Assembly: GCA_963555995.3 (NCBI GenBank) | Contig: OY821641.1 | Coordinates: 3,264,001-3,328,000 of the forward strand | Direction of reading: 5' to 3' | Origin: Vicinamibacteria bacterium | GTDB lineage: Bacteria; Acidobacteriota; Vicinamibacteria; Marinacidobacterales; Marinacidobacteraceae | DNA length: 64,000 nucleotides | Shown: piece by piece, positions 21,866 to 31,981 of the stretch | How positions within the stretch are numbered: the stretch's first letter is position 1 | How the letters are laid out: each line of letters opens with the position of its first letter | Notes under the pieces: generated by a model | What the model was told of the DNA's origin: nothing | Databases searched by the model: none | What the model saw: the letters and a program-made list of their open reading frames with translations, nothing else | Program-made: the position numbers and the translations under genes

Positions 21866-22036
21866 TCAGGCGCCGAGCATCTCGGCGATCTGAACGCCGA
21901 GAAAGTACGGCCACACGGCGAGCGCGAGAAGCCCGCGCCAGAAGCCAAGGTCCAGGAAGCCGATCGAGAACAGCCATCCGGTCATCCAGATCCCGAACCC
22001 GAGTCCTCCCTGCTCGATCCTGATCCGCTCGGTCAT
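21866..22036 (-). CDS. Small membrane protein
   Basis: MTERIRIEQGGLGFGIWMTGWLFSIGFLDLGFWRGLLALAVWPYFLG; GGAGGAGGG RBS. Confidence 0.65.
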   Translation of the reverse strand: MTERIRIEQGGLGFGIWMTGWLFSIGFLDLGFWRGLLALAVWPYFLGVQIAEMLGA

Positions 22037-22078
22037 TCGGGAACCCTCCTCCACCATGCCGGTAGTCCGGTAGTGATG

Positions 22079-22915
22079 CTACCCCGGCTTCGCTTCCGGC
22101 GGACGGCCGGAGAAGGTGTCCATGGCGACGTGGATCCCGAAGAACGAGGCGATCGGATCGAGCCAGCGGGCGGGGAGCAGGCGGAGCAGTTTCAGCGAGT
22201 GGACGAACCGGGGAAGGACGACCACCGCGCGGTTCCTCTCGACCGCGCGGATGACGGCGGCGGCGACCCGCTCCGGTTCCAGGATCGGCAACAGCAAGGG
22301 GAAGCGGGTGCGAACTCCGGCGAACATGCCGGTGCCCACGAAGAACGGGCAGATCAGGCTGGTTCCGACGCCGGGGGCCGTCCGGCGCAACTCCGCCCGC
22401 AGCGATTCGTGGAAGCCGACCGCGCCGAACTTGGAAGCGCAGTAGTCCGACAGGCCCGAGACGCCGATCAGGCCGCCCGCCGACGCCATGGTCACCACGT
22501 GTCCGGCGCCCGCTTCGATCATCGCCGGAAGGAACGCGCGGGATGTCCAGAAGAGCGCCGCGGTGTTGACCCGCAGGGTGCGCTGCACCTGTTCCGGCGA
22601 CAGCTCCGTCAGCGGTTTCCCGGAGACCACTCCGGCGTTGTTGACCAGGACGTCCACGTTCCCAAGGGAACCCCCGAGGCGCGCCGCCGCTTCCAGAACC
22701 GCATCGGGGGCGCCCACGTCCACGACGTCCGACACCACAAGCTGGTCCTCGCTCGCCCGGGCGGCGGCAACGCGCCCCGCGGCATCGGGGAGCGCCTTGC
22801 CGTTCATGTCCCAGATGCCGACGTGGGCGCCCCGGGCCGCAGCGCGCTCGGCGATGAGCAGTCCCATGCCCCGCGCCCCACCCGTGACGAGGAGGCGGCG
22901 GCCTTCCAGTTTCAC
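22079..22915 (-). CDS. SDR-family oxidoreductase
   Basis: TGGARGMG, NNAG, YCASK. Confidence 0.92.
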   Translation of the reverse strand: MKLEGRRLLVTGGARGMGLLIAERAAARGAHVGIWDMNGKALPDAAGRVAAARASEDQLVVSDVVDVGAPDAVLEAAARLGGSLGNVDVLVNNAGVVSGKPLTELSPEQVQRTLRVNTAALFWTSRAFLPAMIEAGAGHVVTMASAGGLIGVSGLSDYCASKFGAVGFHESLRAELRRTAPGVGTSLICPFFVGTGMFAGVRTRFPLLLPILEPERVAAAVIRAVERNRAVVVLPRFVHSLKLLRLLPARWLDPIASFFGIHVAMDTFSGRPPEAKPG

Positions 22916-24360
22916 CGGGAGTCACCCGCCGGACGCGCGAAATACGGCGTGAGCGCCGACTCCGGGGGAGGGGCGGTGAACCGGCTGACCGCCACCCCCA
23001 GCACGAGGGAAACCAGCACCCCCGGGGCCGCCGGATGGACCAGTTCCGGGCCCCAGCCGGGCCACGGGAGCGCCCCGCTCTGCCAGACGAAGACCCCCGC
23101 CACCCCTCCCACCATGGCGGCCAGCGCGCCCTCCCGGGTGAGACCGCGCCAGAGGACGCCGAGGACGACCGGCACGAAGAACGCGCTCGCCATGATCGCG
23201 GTGAAGAGCAGCACGATGAACTGCACCAGTTCCCCCTCGCCGACGCCGCTCAGGATCAGCACCAGCGGCGCGATGCCGACGATCAGGATCCCGAGCCGCG
23301 CCGCCAGCATCCGCGCCCGCGGGCCGGCCCCGGGCCGGAAAACGCCCAGGAGATCGTGGGAGAGCGCCGATCCGGCCACCAGCAGCAGCGAGTCCACGGT
23401 GGACATGATCGCCGAAACCACCGCGGCCAGCAGCACCGTCCCCAGGATGGGGGGCAGCGCGTAGGAGGCGATCAGCGGCATGGCCAGATCCCCGCTCGGG
23501 AGGATCGGGAACAGTCCCATGGCCCCGAGCGCGATGAGGAAGACCAGCAGGTTCACCCCGGTGGCCACGATCATGGCGAGGAACAGGCCCCGCCGGATCT
23601 CCCGCTGGCCGCGCATCGCGTAGAGACGCACGAGCTTCTCGGGGGTGGCGACCCCTCCCAGCAGGAAGGAGATCCCCATCGTGAAGAGCAGCACCCCGGG
23701 AAGGGCGCCGAACTCGAAGGCTTCGGGCCGCAGGGTCTCGACGGCCGCGAACAGCGGACCCGGCCCCCCGAGCAGCCGGAAGACCATCGGGACCGCCACC
23801 AGGGCGCCGATCACCATGACGACCAACTGCACGAGGTCGGTATAGACCACCGCGACCATGCCGCCGATCGCGGTGTAGGCGAGCAGGATGACGGTGAAGA
23901 ACACCATCCCCCAGACCGCCGGAATCCCGAACACGGTCTCGGCGATCAGCCCGCCGGCGATCACCTGCGCCTGCACGTACACGGTGGCCGCGATCAGGAT
24001 CACCACCGCGGCGAGCGCCCGCGCCCGCCGGCTGTAGTAGCGCCGCTCGATGAACGCCGGCAGCGTCAGTTCCCGGGTGCGGGCGAAGCGCGGACCCAGG
24101 AATCCGGCCATGAACCAGTAGCTGAGCGGGATGAACAGCACGAGCCAGGTGAACTCCCAGCCCACCGTGTGGATCACCCCGACGGTGCCGATGTAGGTGC
24201 CGGCGCTCGCGTGGGTGGCGGCGAGCGTCGCGCCGCCAAGCAGCCAGCCGAGCTTGCCCCCGGCGATCCAGTAGTCGCCCTCGGTGCGCGTCCGCCGGAG
24301 CGCCACCGCCCCGATGGCGAAGATCGCCGCGAGGTAGGCGCCGAAGACGATCGCCGTCAA
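22912..24360 (-). CDS. Sodium:solute symporter (SSS)
   Basis: Many TM helices; DYWIAGG, YTAIGGMVAVVYTDLVQ, SAIMSTVDSLLL. Confidence 0.92.
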   Translation of the reverse strand: MTAIVFGAYLAAIFAIGAVALRRTRTEGDYWIAGGKLGWLLGGATLAATHASAGTYIGTVGVIHTVGWEFTWLVLFIPLSYWFMAGFLGPRFARTRELTLPAFIERRYYSRRARALAAVVILIAATVYVQAQVIAGGLIAETVFGIPAVWGMVFFTVILLAYTAIGGMVAVVYTDLVQLVVMVIGALVAVPMVFRLLGGPGPLFAAVETLRPEAFEFGALPGVLLFTMGISFLLGGVATPEKLVRLYAMRGQREIRRGLFLAMIVATGVNLLVFLIALGAMGLFPILPSGDLAMPLIASYALPPILGTVLLAAVVSAIMSTVDSLLLVAGSALSHDLLGVFRPGAGPRARMLAARLGILIVGIAPLVLILSGVGEGELVQFIVLLFTAIMASAFFVPVVLGVLWRGLTREGALAAMVGGVAGVFVWQSGALPWPGWGPELVHPAAPGVLVSLVLGVAVSRFTAPPPESALTPYFARPAGDSR

Positions 24361-24482
24361 CGCAGGCCGTCCCCGGGGTGTTCGCGGGACTCCCGGCGTT
24401 CGAGCCGCCGCATCCAGAACCAGTAGGCAACGAGGATGGCGCCGAAGACCGCGAACAGTCCCCAGAAGGAAAACCGGGTCAT
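24357..24482 (-). CDS. Small single-TM protein coupled to the SSS gene
   Basis: MTRFSFWGLFAVFGAILVAYWFWMRRLERRE...; 4-nt overlaps on both sides. Confidence 0.65.
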   Translation of the reverse strand: MTRFSFWGLFAVFGAILVAYWFWMRRLERRESREHPGDGLR

Positions 24483-25090
24483 CGCGGATCGCCCGCGTCC
24501 GGAACGGCTGGCCGCAGCAGGCGGCGGATTCCGAAGACACCGAGACCGATCAGCAGGAGGGCGACCGCCCCGTCCACCAGGCCGGCCAGCCCGATGGTCC
24601 TGGCATCCTCCGGCTCGACCCGGAACCGGATCAGGGAGGGCGGCGCGGGAAGCGCCAGCCGGACCGCTCCGCCGTCCGCGCCGCCCACCGTTCCGGCCGG
24701 GAAGATGTCCACAATCCGGTAGCCCGGCGACGGAGCGATCTCCGCCGCGAACGACAGATCGGTTCCCGGCGGGGGCAGCGCGTCCGGGATCGGGATCGGC
24801 ACCCGCAGCCAGCCGTCCGGCCCCGCCGCGACCTCGCCCGCGAACACCAGCCCGCCGCCGGGGTCCGGTTCGGGAACCATCGCCGTCCGGCGCCACCCCC
24901 GCTCCGGGTCACCGGTCAGGCCGTGGAACCCCGACGTCCCCGCCAGACCGCTGTCCGCGGGAATGCGGGTGCGGACCGTTGCCCGGCCGGCGCTCTGGAG
25001 TTCGACCCCCGCCTCGATCGCCGGCTGCGCGGCGACGGAAAGCGTCGGCGCGACCAGCAGGCACAGCAGGCCCGCAAAGGCGCGGGTCAC
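24479..25090 (-). CDS. Hypothetical protein (signal peptide and C-terminal TM anchor)
   Basis: Translationally coupled by 4-nt overlaps within the operon. Confidence 0.7.
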   Translation of the reverse strand: MTRAFAGLLCLLVAPTLSVAAQPAIEAGVELQSAGRATVRTRIPADSGLAGTSGFHGLTGDPERGWRRTAMVPEPDPGGGLVFAGEVAAGPDGWLRVPIPIPDALPPPGTDLSFAAEIAPSPGYRIVDIFPAGTVGGADGGAVRLALPAPPSLIRFRVEPEDARTIGLAGLVDGAVALLLIGLGVFGIRRLLRPAVPDAGDPR

Positions 25091-26301
25091 GCCCAGACGT
25101 CCCGCAGCACCCGGAGCGCGTTCCCGCCCATCACCTTGCCGATGTCCTCGTCGGAGTAGCCGTGCTTCACCAGCCAGCGCAGGATGTTCGTCGAGCCCTC
25201 CACCGGGTTCTCGATCCCGGCGACGTAGGGCACCCGGTCGAAGTCGGGCGCCCCGCTGCCGGTGCTGGCCTTCCGGATGGAGAGCGCGGCGGCATAGACC
25301 CCGTGGAGCCCCACATGGTCGCCGAACACCGTGTCCGGCCCGAAACCGACGTAGTCCACCCCCACGAGGTCCTTCACGTACTCGAAATGCTCCATGAAGG
25401 ACTCGAGGTCGTGCCGGGGGTGGTTCTTCGTGAGCGTGGTGTGCGGGGCGGCCTCGATCCCGATGATGCCGCCCTTGCCGGCGCAGGCTTTCAGCACGTC
25501 GTCCGGGGCCATCCGCCGGGTGTTCCAGAGCGCGCGGGCGCCGATGTGGGTGATCGAGACGGGCTTCTCACTCGCCGCGATGACGTCGAGGGTCGTCCGG
25601 TCGCCGCAGTGCGCGGTGTCAATCAGCATCCCGACCTTGTTCATCCGCTCGACGACCTGGTGCCCGAACGCGGTCAGCCCCCCGTCGTTCGCTTCCTTCA
25701 ACCCGCTCCCGAGCGCGTTCGACTCACTGTAGGTGATCCCCATCTCCCGCACCCCGAAGCCGTGGAGGACCTCCACGCGGTCGAGTTCGTTCTCGATGGG
25801 CGCCGCGCCCTCGATGGCCGCCACCCAGGCGATCCGCCCCTCGGCGTGCGCCCGGAGGATGTCGTCCACGGTCTTGCAGTGGATGAGGAAGTCCTGGTGG
25901 GCGATGTCCGCGAGCCGCATCCCGAGGTCGTGCAGGACCTCGTTCCACTTCCAGCCCGTCCGCGACTCGATCCGGCAGATCCCGTCGAGCAGGTTGTCGA
26001 ACACGCAGTCCCAGTCCGACCGGGCGAGCGCATCAAAGGGGGTGAAGACCCGCCCCTCGCGCACGTAGGCGGGCGTCCGGTGGATGTCCCGCGGAAAGCT
26101 GCCGAGATGTTCGTGCAGCGAGACCAGCACCAGCTCGCCGGCGAGGCGCTCCGCGCGCGCCTCCTCATCGGCCGACAGCGGCACCGGGTGCGCCGGAAAG
26201 AGTTCGGCGTCCTCCACCAGGTCTTCCGGGCGGTAGTCCTCCCCCGGAACCAGGTAGCCGAACGACCGGTACCCACCCGCGCCCCGCTTGTTACGTCCCA
26301 T
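25087..26301 (-). CDS. Membrane dipeptidase (peptidase M19)
   Basis: SLHEH, IEGAAPI, GGLTAFG, MLIDTAH, ITHIGAR, VGFGPD, MGGNALRV. Confidence 0.9.
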   Translation of the reverse strand: MGRNKRGAGGYRSFGYLVPGEDYRPEDLVEDAELFPAHPVPLSADEEARAERLAGELVLVSLHEHLGSFPRDIHRTPAYVREGRVFTPFDALARSDWDCVFDNLLDGICRIESRTGWKWNEVLHDLGMRLADIAHQDFLIHCKTVDDILRAHAEGRIAWVAAIEGAAPIENELDRVEVLHGFGVREMGITYSESNALGSGLKEANDGGLTAFGHQVVERMNKVGMLIDTAHCGDRTTLDVIAASEKPVSITHIGARALWNTRRMAPDDVLKACAGKGGIIGIEAAPHTTLTKNHPRHDLESFMEHFEYVKDLVGVDYVGFGPDTVFGDHVGLHGVYAAALSIRKASTGSGAPDFDRVPYVAGIENPVEGSTNILRWLVKHGYSDEDIGKVMGGNALRVLRDVWA

Positions 26302-26586
26302 CAACCGATGCTACCAGTGGGCGCCACACCGGCTTGGAACGCCGGTCTCCAGACCGGCACCCGCGGCGCTCCGCGCCGCGCACGTCCCTACTCCACCCGC
26401 AAAGACGACCCCCAAATCGGCGCAAACCTCAACCCCGCCGCCGACACGCACGCCTTGGAACGCCGGTCTCCAGACCGGCACGCGCGGTGTCAAACGACAG
26501 GTAAAGATCGGGCTTAAACGACACGAACTTTGTCACCTGTTTGCGTCGTTGGCTGAGGCTTCGGTTCTCGCTTCAGGGGGACCGCC

Positions 26587-27840
26587 ATGGCACTCAGCAA
26601 GGAGCTTCGGATGACGATCAGGGCGCTTTCGGAGCGTGGTTGTTCCCGGCGTGAGATCGCGCGGGCGGCGCGGGTGAGCGAGCGTCAGGTTCGCTACGAG
26701 CTGGGTCGCGAGGAGGGTAGGCGCGACGGTCGCGGGAAGGTTGAGCGCGCTTCGAGGCTTGGGGAGGAGATCCGGGAGTGGTGCGCGGACTTTGCGGGGG
26801 GTCAGCCCTTGAACGCGACGGCGCTGCACGAGCATTTGGTGGCGGAGCACGGGTATGTGGGGAGCCTGCGGTCGGTGCAGCGGTATCTGCGTCGTCGGTT
26901 GGGTCCGGGCCGGGTACGGGCGCGGCGTCGGGTGGAGACGCCGCCGGGGGCGCAGGCGCAGGCGGACTGGGCGGAGGCGCCGGGGATGCTGGTTGGAGGC
27001 CGGCGGGGGGTAAGTGCGTTTGCGCTGCGGTTGAGCTTTTCGCGGAAGAGCGCGGTGGTGTGGTCCCCGTTGAAGGACACGCTGTCGTGGTTGTGGGTTC
27101 ACGGGCAGGCGTTTGTGCGTCTGAAGGGGGTGACGGCGACGGTACGGATGGACAACGTGAAGACGGCGATAGTGCGCGGCGCGGGGGTCTGGGGGGAGGT
27201 GAACCGGGCCTATTTGCGGTATGCGGAGGAGGCGCGGTTTCACATCGATCCCTGTCCGCCGCGGTCTCCGGAGGCGAAGGGGAAGGTGGAGCGAGGGATC
27301 CTGGACCTGCGGGGTTGGGGTCCGGGGCCGACGAGCGAGTGGTCGAGCCTGGAGGAGTTGCAGGCGTGGACGGACGCTCGGTTGCTGGAGTGGGAGTCGC
27401 GCCGGACGAGCCCGGCGACGGGGCGCGGGGTGTTGGAGAGTTGGGAGGAGGAGCAGGGGTATTTGGGGGACTGCACGGGGTTGCCGGAGCCGTTCGACCT
27501 GGTGGGGCTGCGGCCGGTGCGGAAGGACTGCACGGTGGCGTTCGACAGCCGGAGCTGGTCGGTGCCGTTCCGTCTGGTGGGGACCCGGGTGGAGGTGCGC
27601 CGGTGCGCGCGCCGGGTGCAGGTGTTGGATCGCGGGGAGGTGGTGGCGGAGCATCCCCGAGAGGGCAACTCCTTGCTTGTGCGCGACTTGTCGCATTACG
27701 AGGGGGCTTCGACGGGTCGGGTGATCGCGCCGGCGCCGCTGGGGCGGATGGGGCGTCGGCTGGAGGAGATCGGGGCGATGGCTCCGGAGGAACGTCCCCT
27801 GGATCTGTATGCGGCGCTGGCGGAGGTAGCGCGATGGTGA
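26587..27840 (+). CDS. istA: IS21 transposase
   Basis: N-terminal HTH, ETPPGAQAQADW, DNVKTA, KGKVER. Confidence 0.95.
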   Translation: MALSKELRMTIRALSERGCSRREIARAARVSERQVRYELGREEGRRDGRGKVERASRLGEEIREWCADFAGGQPLNATALHEHLVAEHGYVGSLRSVQRYLRRRLGPGRVRARRRVETPPGAQAQADWAEAPGMLVGGRRGVSAFALRLSFSRKSAVVWSPLKDTLSWLWVHGQAFVRLKGVTATVRMDNVKTAIVRGAGVWGEVNRAYLRYAEEARFHIDPCPPRSPEAKGKVERGILDLRGWGPGPTSEWSSLEELQAWTDARLLEWESRRTSPATGRGVLESWEEEQGYLGDCTGLPEPFDLVGLRPVRKDCTVAFDSRSWSVPFRLVGTRVEVRRCARRVQVLDRGEVVAEHPREGNSLLVRDLSHYEGASTGRVIAPAPLGRMGRRLEEIGAMAPEERPLDLYAALAEVARW

Positions 27841-28691
27841 GTATGGATGTGGACCTGGACCTGGACCGGACGCGGCGGATCCTGGGAGAGCTCGGGATGC
27901 GGGAGGCATCGGCTCGGTTGTCCGAGTTGCTGACCGAGTGTGCGCGGGAGGAGCTGCCGGCGCATCGCCTGTTGGTTCGGGTCCTGGAGACGGAGAGGGA
28001 GTTCCGCCGGCAGCGGCGGCTGGAGATGGGGCTGCGGATGGCGGGGTTGCCTCTGGGACGGACCCTGGGGAACTTCGACTTCGGCTTCCAGCCGACGCTG
28101 GACCGGACGCGGGTGGAACTGTTGGGCACCTGCGGTTGGATCCGGGAGCGGCAGAACGTTCTGCTGCAGGGCCCGCCGGGGGTGGGGAAGACGCACCTGG
28201 CGGCGGGTCTGGGGATGCGGGCGCTGGAGAACGGGTTCCGGGTGGCGTTCTACCGGCTGGACGAGTTGCTGCGGACCCTGAAGCGGCATGAGGGGTCGAC
28301 GACGCCACGGGGGAACCGGCGGTATCTGTCGGCGTCGCTGTTGATCATCGACGAGATGGGCTACGAAGCCCTGGACGCGAAGGAAGCGAGTCAACTGTTC
28401 CGGTTGATCAACGACCGGCATGAGCGGGGGAGCGTGCTGGTCACGACGAACAAGGCGATCCGGGAATGGCCGGAGGTGCTGGCGGGGGACGCGGTGCTGG
28501 CGAGCGCGATCCTGGACCGGTTCCTGCACCGCTGCGTGGTCCTCGACATCCGTGGCCGCAGCTATCGGCTGCGGGATCTGGAGCAGAGCTTCCGGGAGCG
28601 CCAGGAGACGATCGCTCGATCCTTCCTCCTCCCGGAAGAGGCGGCCTCATCCCCCGCCGCGGCGCCGGCGGGGAAGGAGGGACGTCGGTGA
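27834..28691 (+). CDS. istB: IS21 helper ATPase
   Basis: FDFGFQP, GPPGVGKTHLA, LLIIDEMGY, AILDRFLH, GRSYR. Confidence 0.95.
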   Translation: MVSMDVDLDLDRTRRILGELGMREASARLSELLTECAREELPAHRLLVRVLETEREFRRQRRLEMGLRMAGLPLGRTLGNFDFGFQPTLDRTRVELLGTCGWIRERQNVLLQGPPGVGKTHLAAGLGMRALENGFRVAFYRLDELLRTLKRHEGSTTPRGNRRYLSASLLIIDEMGYEALDAKEASQLFRLINDRHERGSVLVTTNKAIREWPEVLAGDAVLASAILDRFLHRCVVLDIRGRSYRLRDLEQSFRERQETIARSFLLPEEAASSPAAAPAGKEGRR

Positions 28692-29064
28692 GCGCTCTGG
28701 TCGCCCTCCGGGCTCCCGCCGCGCTCCCCAACGTCCCTCCTTCCCCGCCGAAACAGGCTCTCCAGGGTGACAAAGTAGGTGTCGTTTATCTGGGCCAAAC
28801 TAGGTGTCGCTTGACACGCGGGGCTCCGCACCGCGCACCTCCCTACTCCACCCGCAAAGACGGCCCCCAACTCCGCGCAGACCTCAACAGCGCCGGCGAC
28901 ACGCACCGCTCGGAGCGCCGGCCTCCAGACCGGCATCGCGCGGGAGCGCGAAACCCGCGCTGATGGTGCCCGGCCCGCCATCGGGCGGCCCGCTCACCGC
29001 CGGGGAGCCAACGCCCCGAACCAGTCCGCCACTTTCGACATACTTACACTCACCAAGGATCACC

Positions 29065-29340
29065 ATGTCCGATTCTGGACCGCTCACCACCACGATGGCG
29101 CCCGGGGGTCGGGTGCCCCTGCCCGAAACAATTCGCCGGGCGCTCGGCTGGAAGGATGGCGCACGCCTGATCGTGGAGCGAACTTCCGACGGCGTACTCC
29201 TGAAGACCGTCCCGATCTTCGCCCGAACCCGCGTTGAGGATGTGGCTGGCTGCCTCACATGGCGAGGCGCGCCACGATCGCTGGCCGAAATGGAAGCAGG
29301 TGTCCGGGCTGAAGCAGGACGGCACCACACTCGGCGTTGA
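29065..29340 (+). CDS. AbrB/MazE/SpoVT-family DNA-binding protein (orphan antitoxin)
   Basis: TTMAPGGRVPLPETIRRALGWKDGARL...DGVLL. Confidence 0.8.
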   Translation: MSDSGPLTTTMAPGGRVPLPETIRRALGWKDGARLIVERTSDGVLLKTVPIFARTRVEDVAGCLTWRGAPRSLAEMEAGVRAEAGRHHTRR

Positions 29341-29406
29341 TGAGCGCCGCAACTGCGCTGATAGCGTTCCGCCGGTTTCCGCCGAATCAAACCCGTGGGA
29401 TGATCC

Positions 29407-29832
29407 ATGAACACCGCGTTTCGCAGAGCCCCTTCTGCTCCTTGCCTCGTCGCCGCCGGCTCCGCCGCCGCGCGGGACTACGGCACAAGCAGCAACCTTG
29501 AAGTGTCCGCCACCGACGCCGAGCGCGCCGTGATCGAGGCGCTCCACCAGCGCGTTGTCCCCAATAGGGACCCGGCGCACACCGAATTCATCGTGGTCTG
29601 GAAGACCGGCACCTACGCCGAAGCGTGGGGCTTCCGGGATTGGGATTCCGCACTCCGCGAGGTCACCCCCGCGGACCGTTTCGACATCGTCAACCGCGAC
29701 CGCGCCGTGCTCCTCTCGGTAGTGGGCAGCAAGCCGATCGCCTCGGGAATCCGCCTCATCAACAGCTCCATTGACGCGATCCGGCTTGCCTTCTGCTCAT
29801 CGGGGGTTGTTTTTTGTGTCCCTAGGCCATGA
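29407..29832 (+). pseudogene. Probable truncated N-terminal fragment of an M18 aminopeptidase
   Basis: AEAWGF...PADRFDIVNRDRAVLLSVVGSKPIASGIRLINSSIDAIRL recalls the M18 N-terminus up to the HIDSPRL motif, then the ORF ends. Confidence 0.45.
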
Positions 29833-29859
29833 CCACGCGGCTTGCCTTCCTTCGCCAGC

Positions 29860-30822
29860 ATGACGACAAAGCACGAGACCGAATACCGCCGCCCAACGGC
29901 TGTATCCCTGTTCTCGGGATGCGGGGGGTCAGATGCCGGCCTAGTGGCCGCAGGCTTTGATGTAGTCATGGCCAACGACAACTTTGCTTACGCGAAGGAC
30001 TTCTATAGGGCCAATCTTCCAGACACCGACTATCGCCTCTGCGATGTTACCGAAATCGACTCCTTCCCGTGCGTCGATCTGCTTGCCGGTTGCTATCCAT
30101 GCCAAGGGTTCAGCCAAGGCGGCGCCCGCGACCCACGGCGCAAACTCAACTATCTGTATCGGGAGTTCGATCGCGCGCTTCGCAAGATCAAGCCCAAGGC
30201 CTTCATTGTCGAGAACGTTCCTGGGATGAGCAGAAGGGACTTTCGTCACCTATTGAACAATCAGGTGATCCGATTCCGTCTTGCTGGGTACCGGGTTTCC
30301 CATAAGACGCTGGATGCGAAGCGCTACGGTCTCCCACAAGATCGCCAACGGATCTTTATCGTGGGCATACGGTCCGACTTGGGCACGATGTATACATTTC
30401 CGAAGCCTACTCACGGAGTCGGTGCAAAGGACATTCGTACCATTGCCGACGCCATCGGGTCGCTGCCGCACTGGCCGGACGACGAGGTCTGCCAGGATCC
30501 GTTTCACTGGTACTACCTGTCACGAAACAGATACAGACCATGGGATCAACCGAGCAAGACCATCGTGAGCAAAATGCGCCACATGCCGCTACATCCGGCC
30601 AGTCCGAAGCTACTACGAATCCATACGGACAAATGGATCTTTGAAGACGATTCGCCGGCTAGGAGATTCTCATTCCGTGAGGCTGCCCTTCTGCAGGGAT
30701 TCCCTGCCAATGTTAGGTTTCCCGACACAGCACCCATGTCCGCGAAGTACCGAGTGGTCGGCAACGCGGTCCCGCCTCCGCTTTTCCGCGCGGTGGCAGC
30801 ATCACTTCCCGACGTCTGGTAG
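29860..30822 (+). CDS. DNA (cytosine-5) methyltransferase
   Basis: SLFSGCGG (I), GCYPCQGFS (IV), ENV (VI), PQDRQR (VIII), RRFSFREAALLQGFP (IX), GNAVPP (X). Confidence 0.95.
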   Translation: MTTKHETEYRRPTAVSLFSGCGGSDAGLVAAGFDVVMANDNFAYAKDFYRANLPDTDYRLCDVTEIDSFPCVDLLAGCYPCQGFSQGGARDPRRKLNYLYREFDRALRKIKPKAFIVENVPGMSRRDFRHLLNNQVIRFRLAGYRVSHKTLDAKRYGLPQDRQRIFIVGIRSDLGTMYTFPKPTHGVGAKDIRTIADAIGSLPHWPDDEVCQDPFHWYYLSRNRYRPWDQPSKTIVSKMRHMPLHPASPKLLRIHTDKWIFEDDSPARRFSFREAALLQGFPANVRFPDTAPMSAKYRVVGNAVPPPLFRAVAASLPDVW

Positions 30823-30850
30823 AGGGCGGCAAACATCCGAGGACTGACCA

Positions 30851-31981
30851 ATGGCTGACTCCCAACCCGAAGTCGAAAACATGCCCGTGGCCTCCTTGCA
30901 GTTGGACTCGGAGAATCCGCGCTTCGGTGAACACCATGGAGAATCCCACAGTCAGGCCGAAATCCTTGGTCACATCGTTCGGACGTTCGGCGTGGATGAT
31001 CTCCTTAGTTCCTTGGCGGTGAACGGCTATTTCCACGCGGAGCCGCTCCTGTGTCGCCGAAATCCGCTCACCGACGAACTGATCGTTTCGGAGGGCAACC
31101 GGCGTCTGGCCGCGTGCCTCATTCTCATCGGGGACGATCGTGCAGCCAACCAAGAACGTCGCGCTAGCCGATTCCGGGCTATACACAAGAAGCATGGGAG
31201 TCCGACGATCGATCCGGTGCCCATTATCGAAATGGATGCGCGGGCCGACCGCAAGGAAATGTTGTCCTATCTTGGAGTGCGGCATATAGCTTCAGCGCAA
31301 CAGTGGGACTCATTCGCGAAGGCCGTCTGGATTGCTCGTGTCGTTCGCGAGACCGACCTGGATACGAACGCAATCGCCGAGATGATAGGTGACCAGCACC
31401 AAACGGTTACTCGTCTTCTACAGGGTTACTACTTCATCCAACAGCTTATCGGCAAAGGCTTGTTCAGACCGGAAGACAGTGCTAGAAGTGGCCGAGGGAG
31501 CAATATTCGCTATCCTTTTTCTTGGGTTTACACCGTCCTTGGCTACCGCAGTGTCCGCGACTATCTCGCTCTCGATGACGACGCAAAGAACGCGAAACCC
31601 GTCCCGGACGACCGCCTTGATGACGCGGGGTTTCTTGTTACCGCCCTGTTCGGCAATCGCGCGAAGGGTCGGAGTTCGGCGCTGACCGATTCCAGACAAC
31701 TGGGCGATCTAGCGGCGGCAGTGTCCGACTCAGCTAAGGTTGAACTATTGCGTAGCGGCAAGACTCTCAACGAGATCGCAGTCCTGACGTTGCCGTTGGA
31801 CGAGCGCCTCGCCGCGGGACTACTTGACGCTAGGCAGAACCTCGGCGACCTGAACAACCGACTCACGGAGCAGGATGTCCCCCCGCAGATCGCCACTCGT
31901 CACACTGAACAGAGTGAGCGCGTTGAACGACTCGCTGGTGAGGTCCATCGCAAGCTGAAGAACGCTGCAAGTAATGGATAA
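30851..31981 (+). CDS. ParB/Srx-like N-terminal domain protein
   Basis: LQLDSENPRF, VSEGNRRLAA (GxRR-type motif), RH...W, followed by an HTH-like segment (TNAIAEMIG) and a helical C-terminus. Confidence 0.75.
   Translation: MADSQPEVENMPVASLQLDSENPRFGEHHGESHSQAEILGHIVRTFGVDDLLSSLAVNGYFHAEPLLCRRNPLTDELIVSEGNRRLAACLILIGDDRAANQERRASRFRAIHKKHGSPTIDPVPIIEMDARADRKEMLSYLGVRHIASAQQWDSFAKAVWIARVVRETDLDTNAIAEMIGDQHQTVTRLLQGYYFIQQLIGKGLFRPEDSARSGRGSNIRYPFSWVYTVLGYRSVRDYLALDDDAKNAKPVPDDRLDDAGFLVTALFGNRAKGRSSALTDSRQLGDLAAAVSDSAKVELLRSGKTLNEIAVLTLPLDERLAAGLLDARQNLGDLNNRLTEQDVPPQIATRHTEQSERVERLAGEVHRKLKNAASNG

Larger units (their letters stand above)
26488..28816 (+). mobile_element. Complete IS21-family insertion sequence
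   Basis: Ends TGTCAAACGACA...TGTCGCTTGACA with internal AAACGACAC..CTTTGTCACC repeats; 5-bp target duplication CGCGG; istA and istB present. Confidence 0.95.
26335..28936 (+). repeat. Tandem of ~121-bp REP-containing units, interrupted by IS21
   Basis: REP GGARCGCCGG(T/C)CTCCAGACCGGCA at 26336, 26457 and ~28911; linker CCCTACTCCACCCGCAAAGACG...ACCTCAAC on both sides of the IS. Confidence 0.8.
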
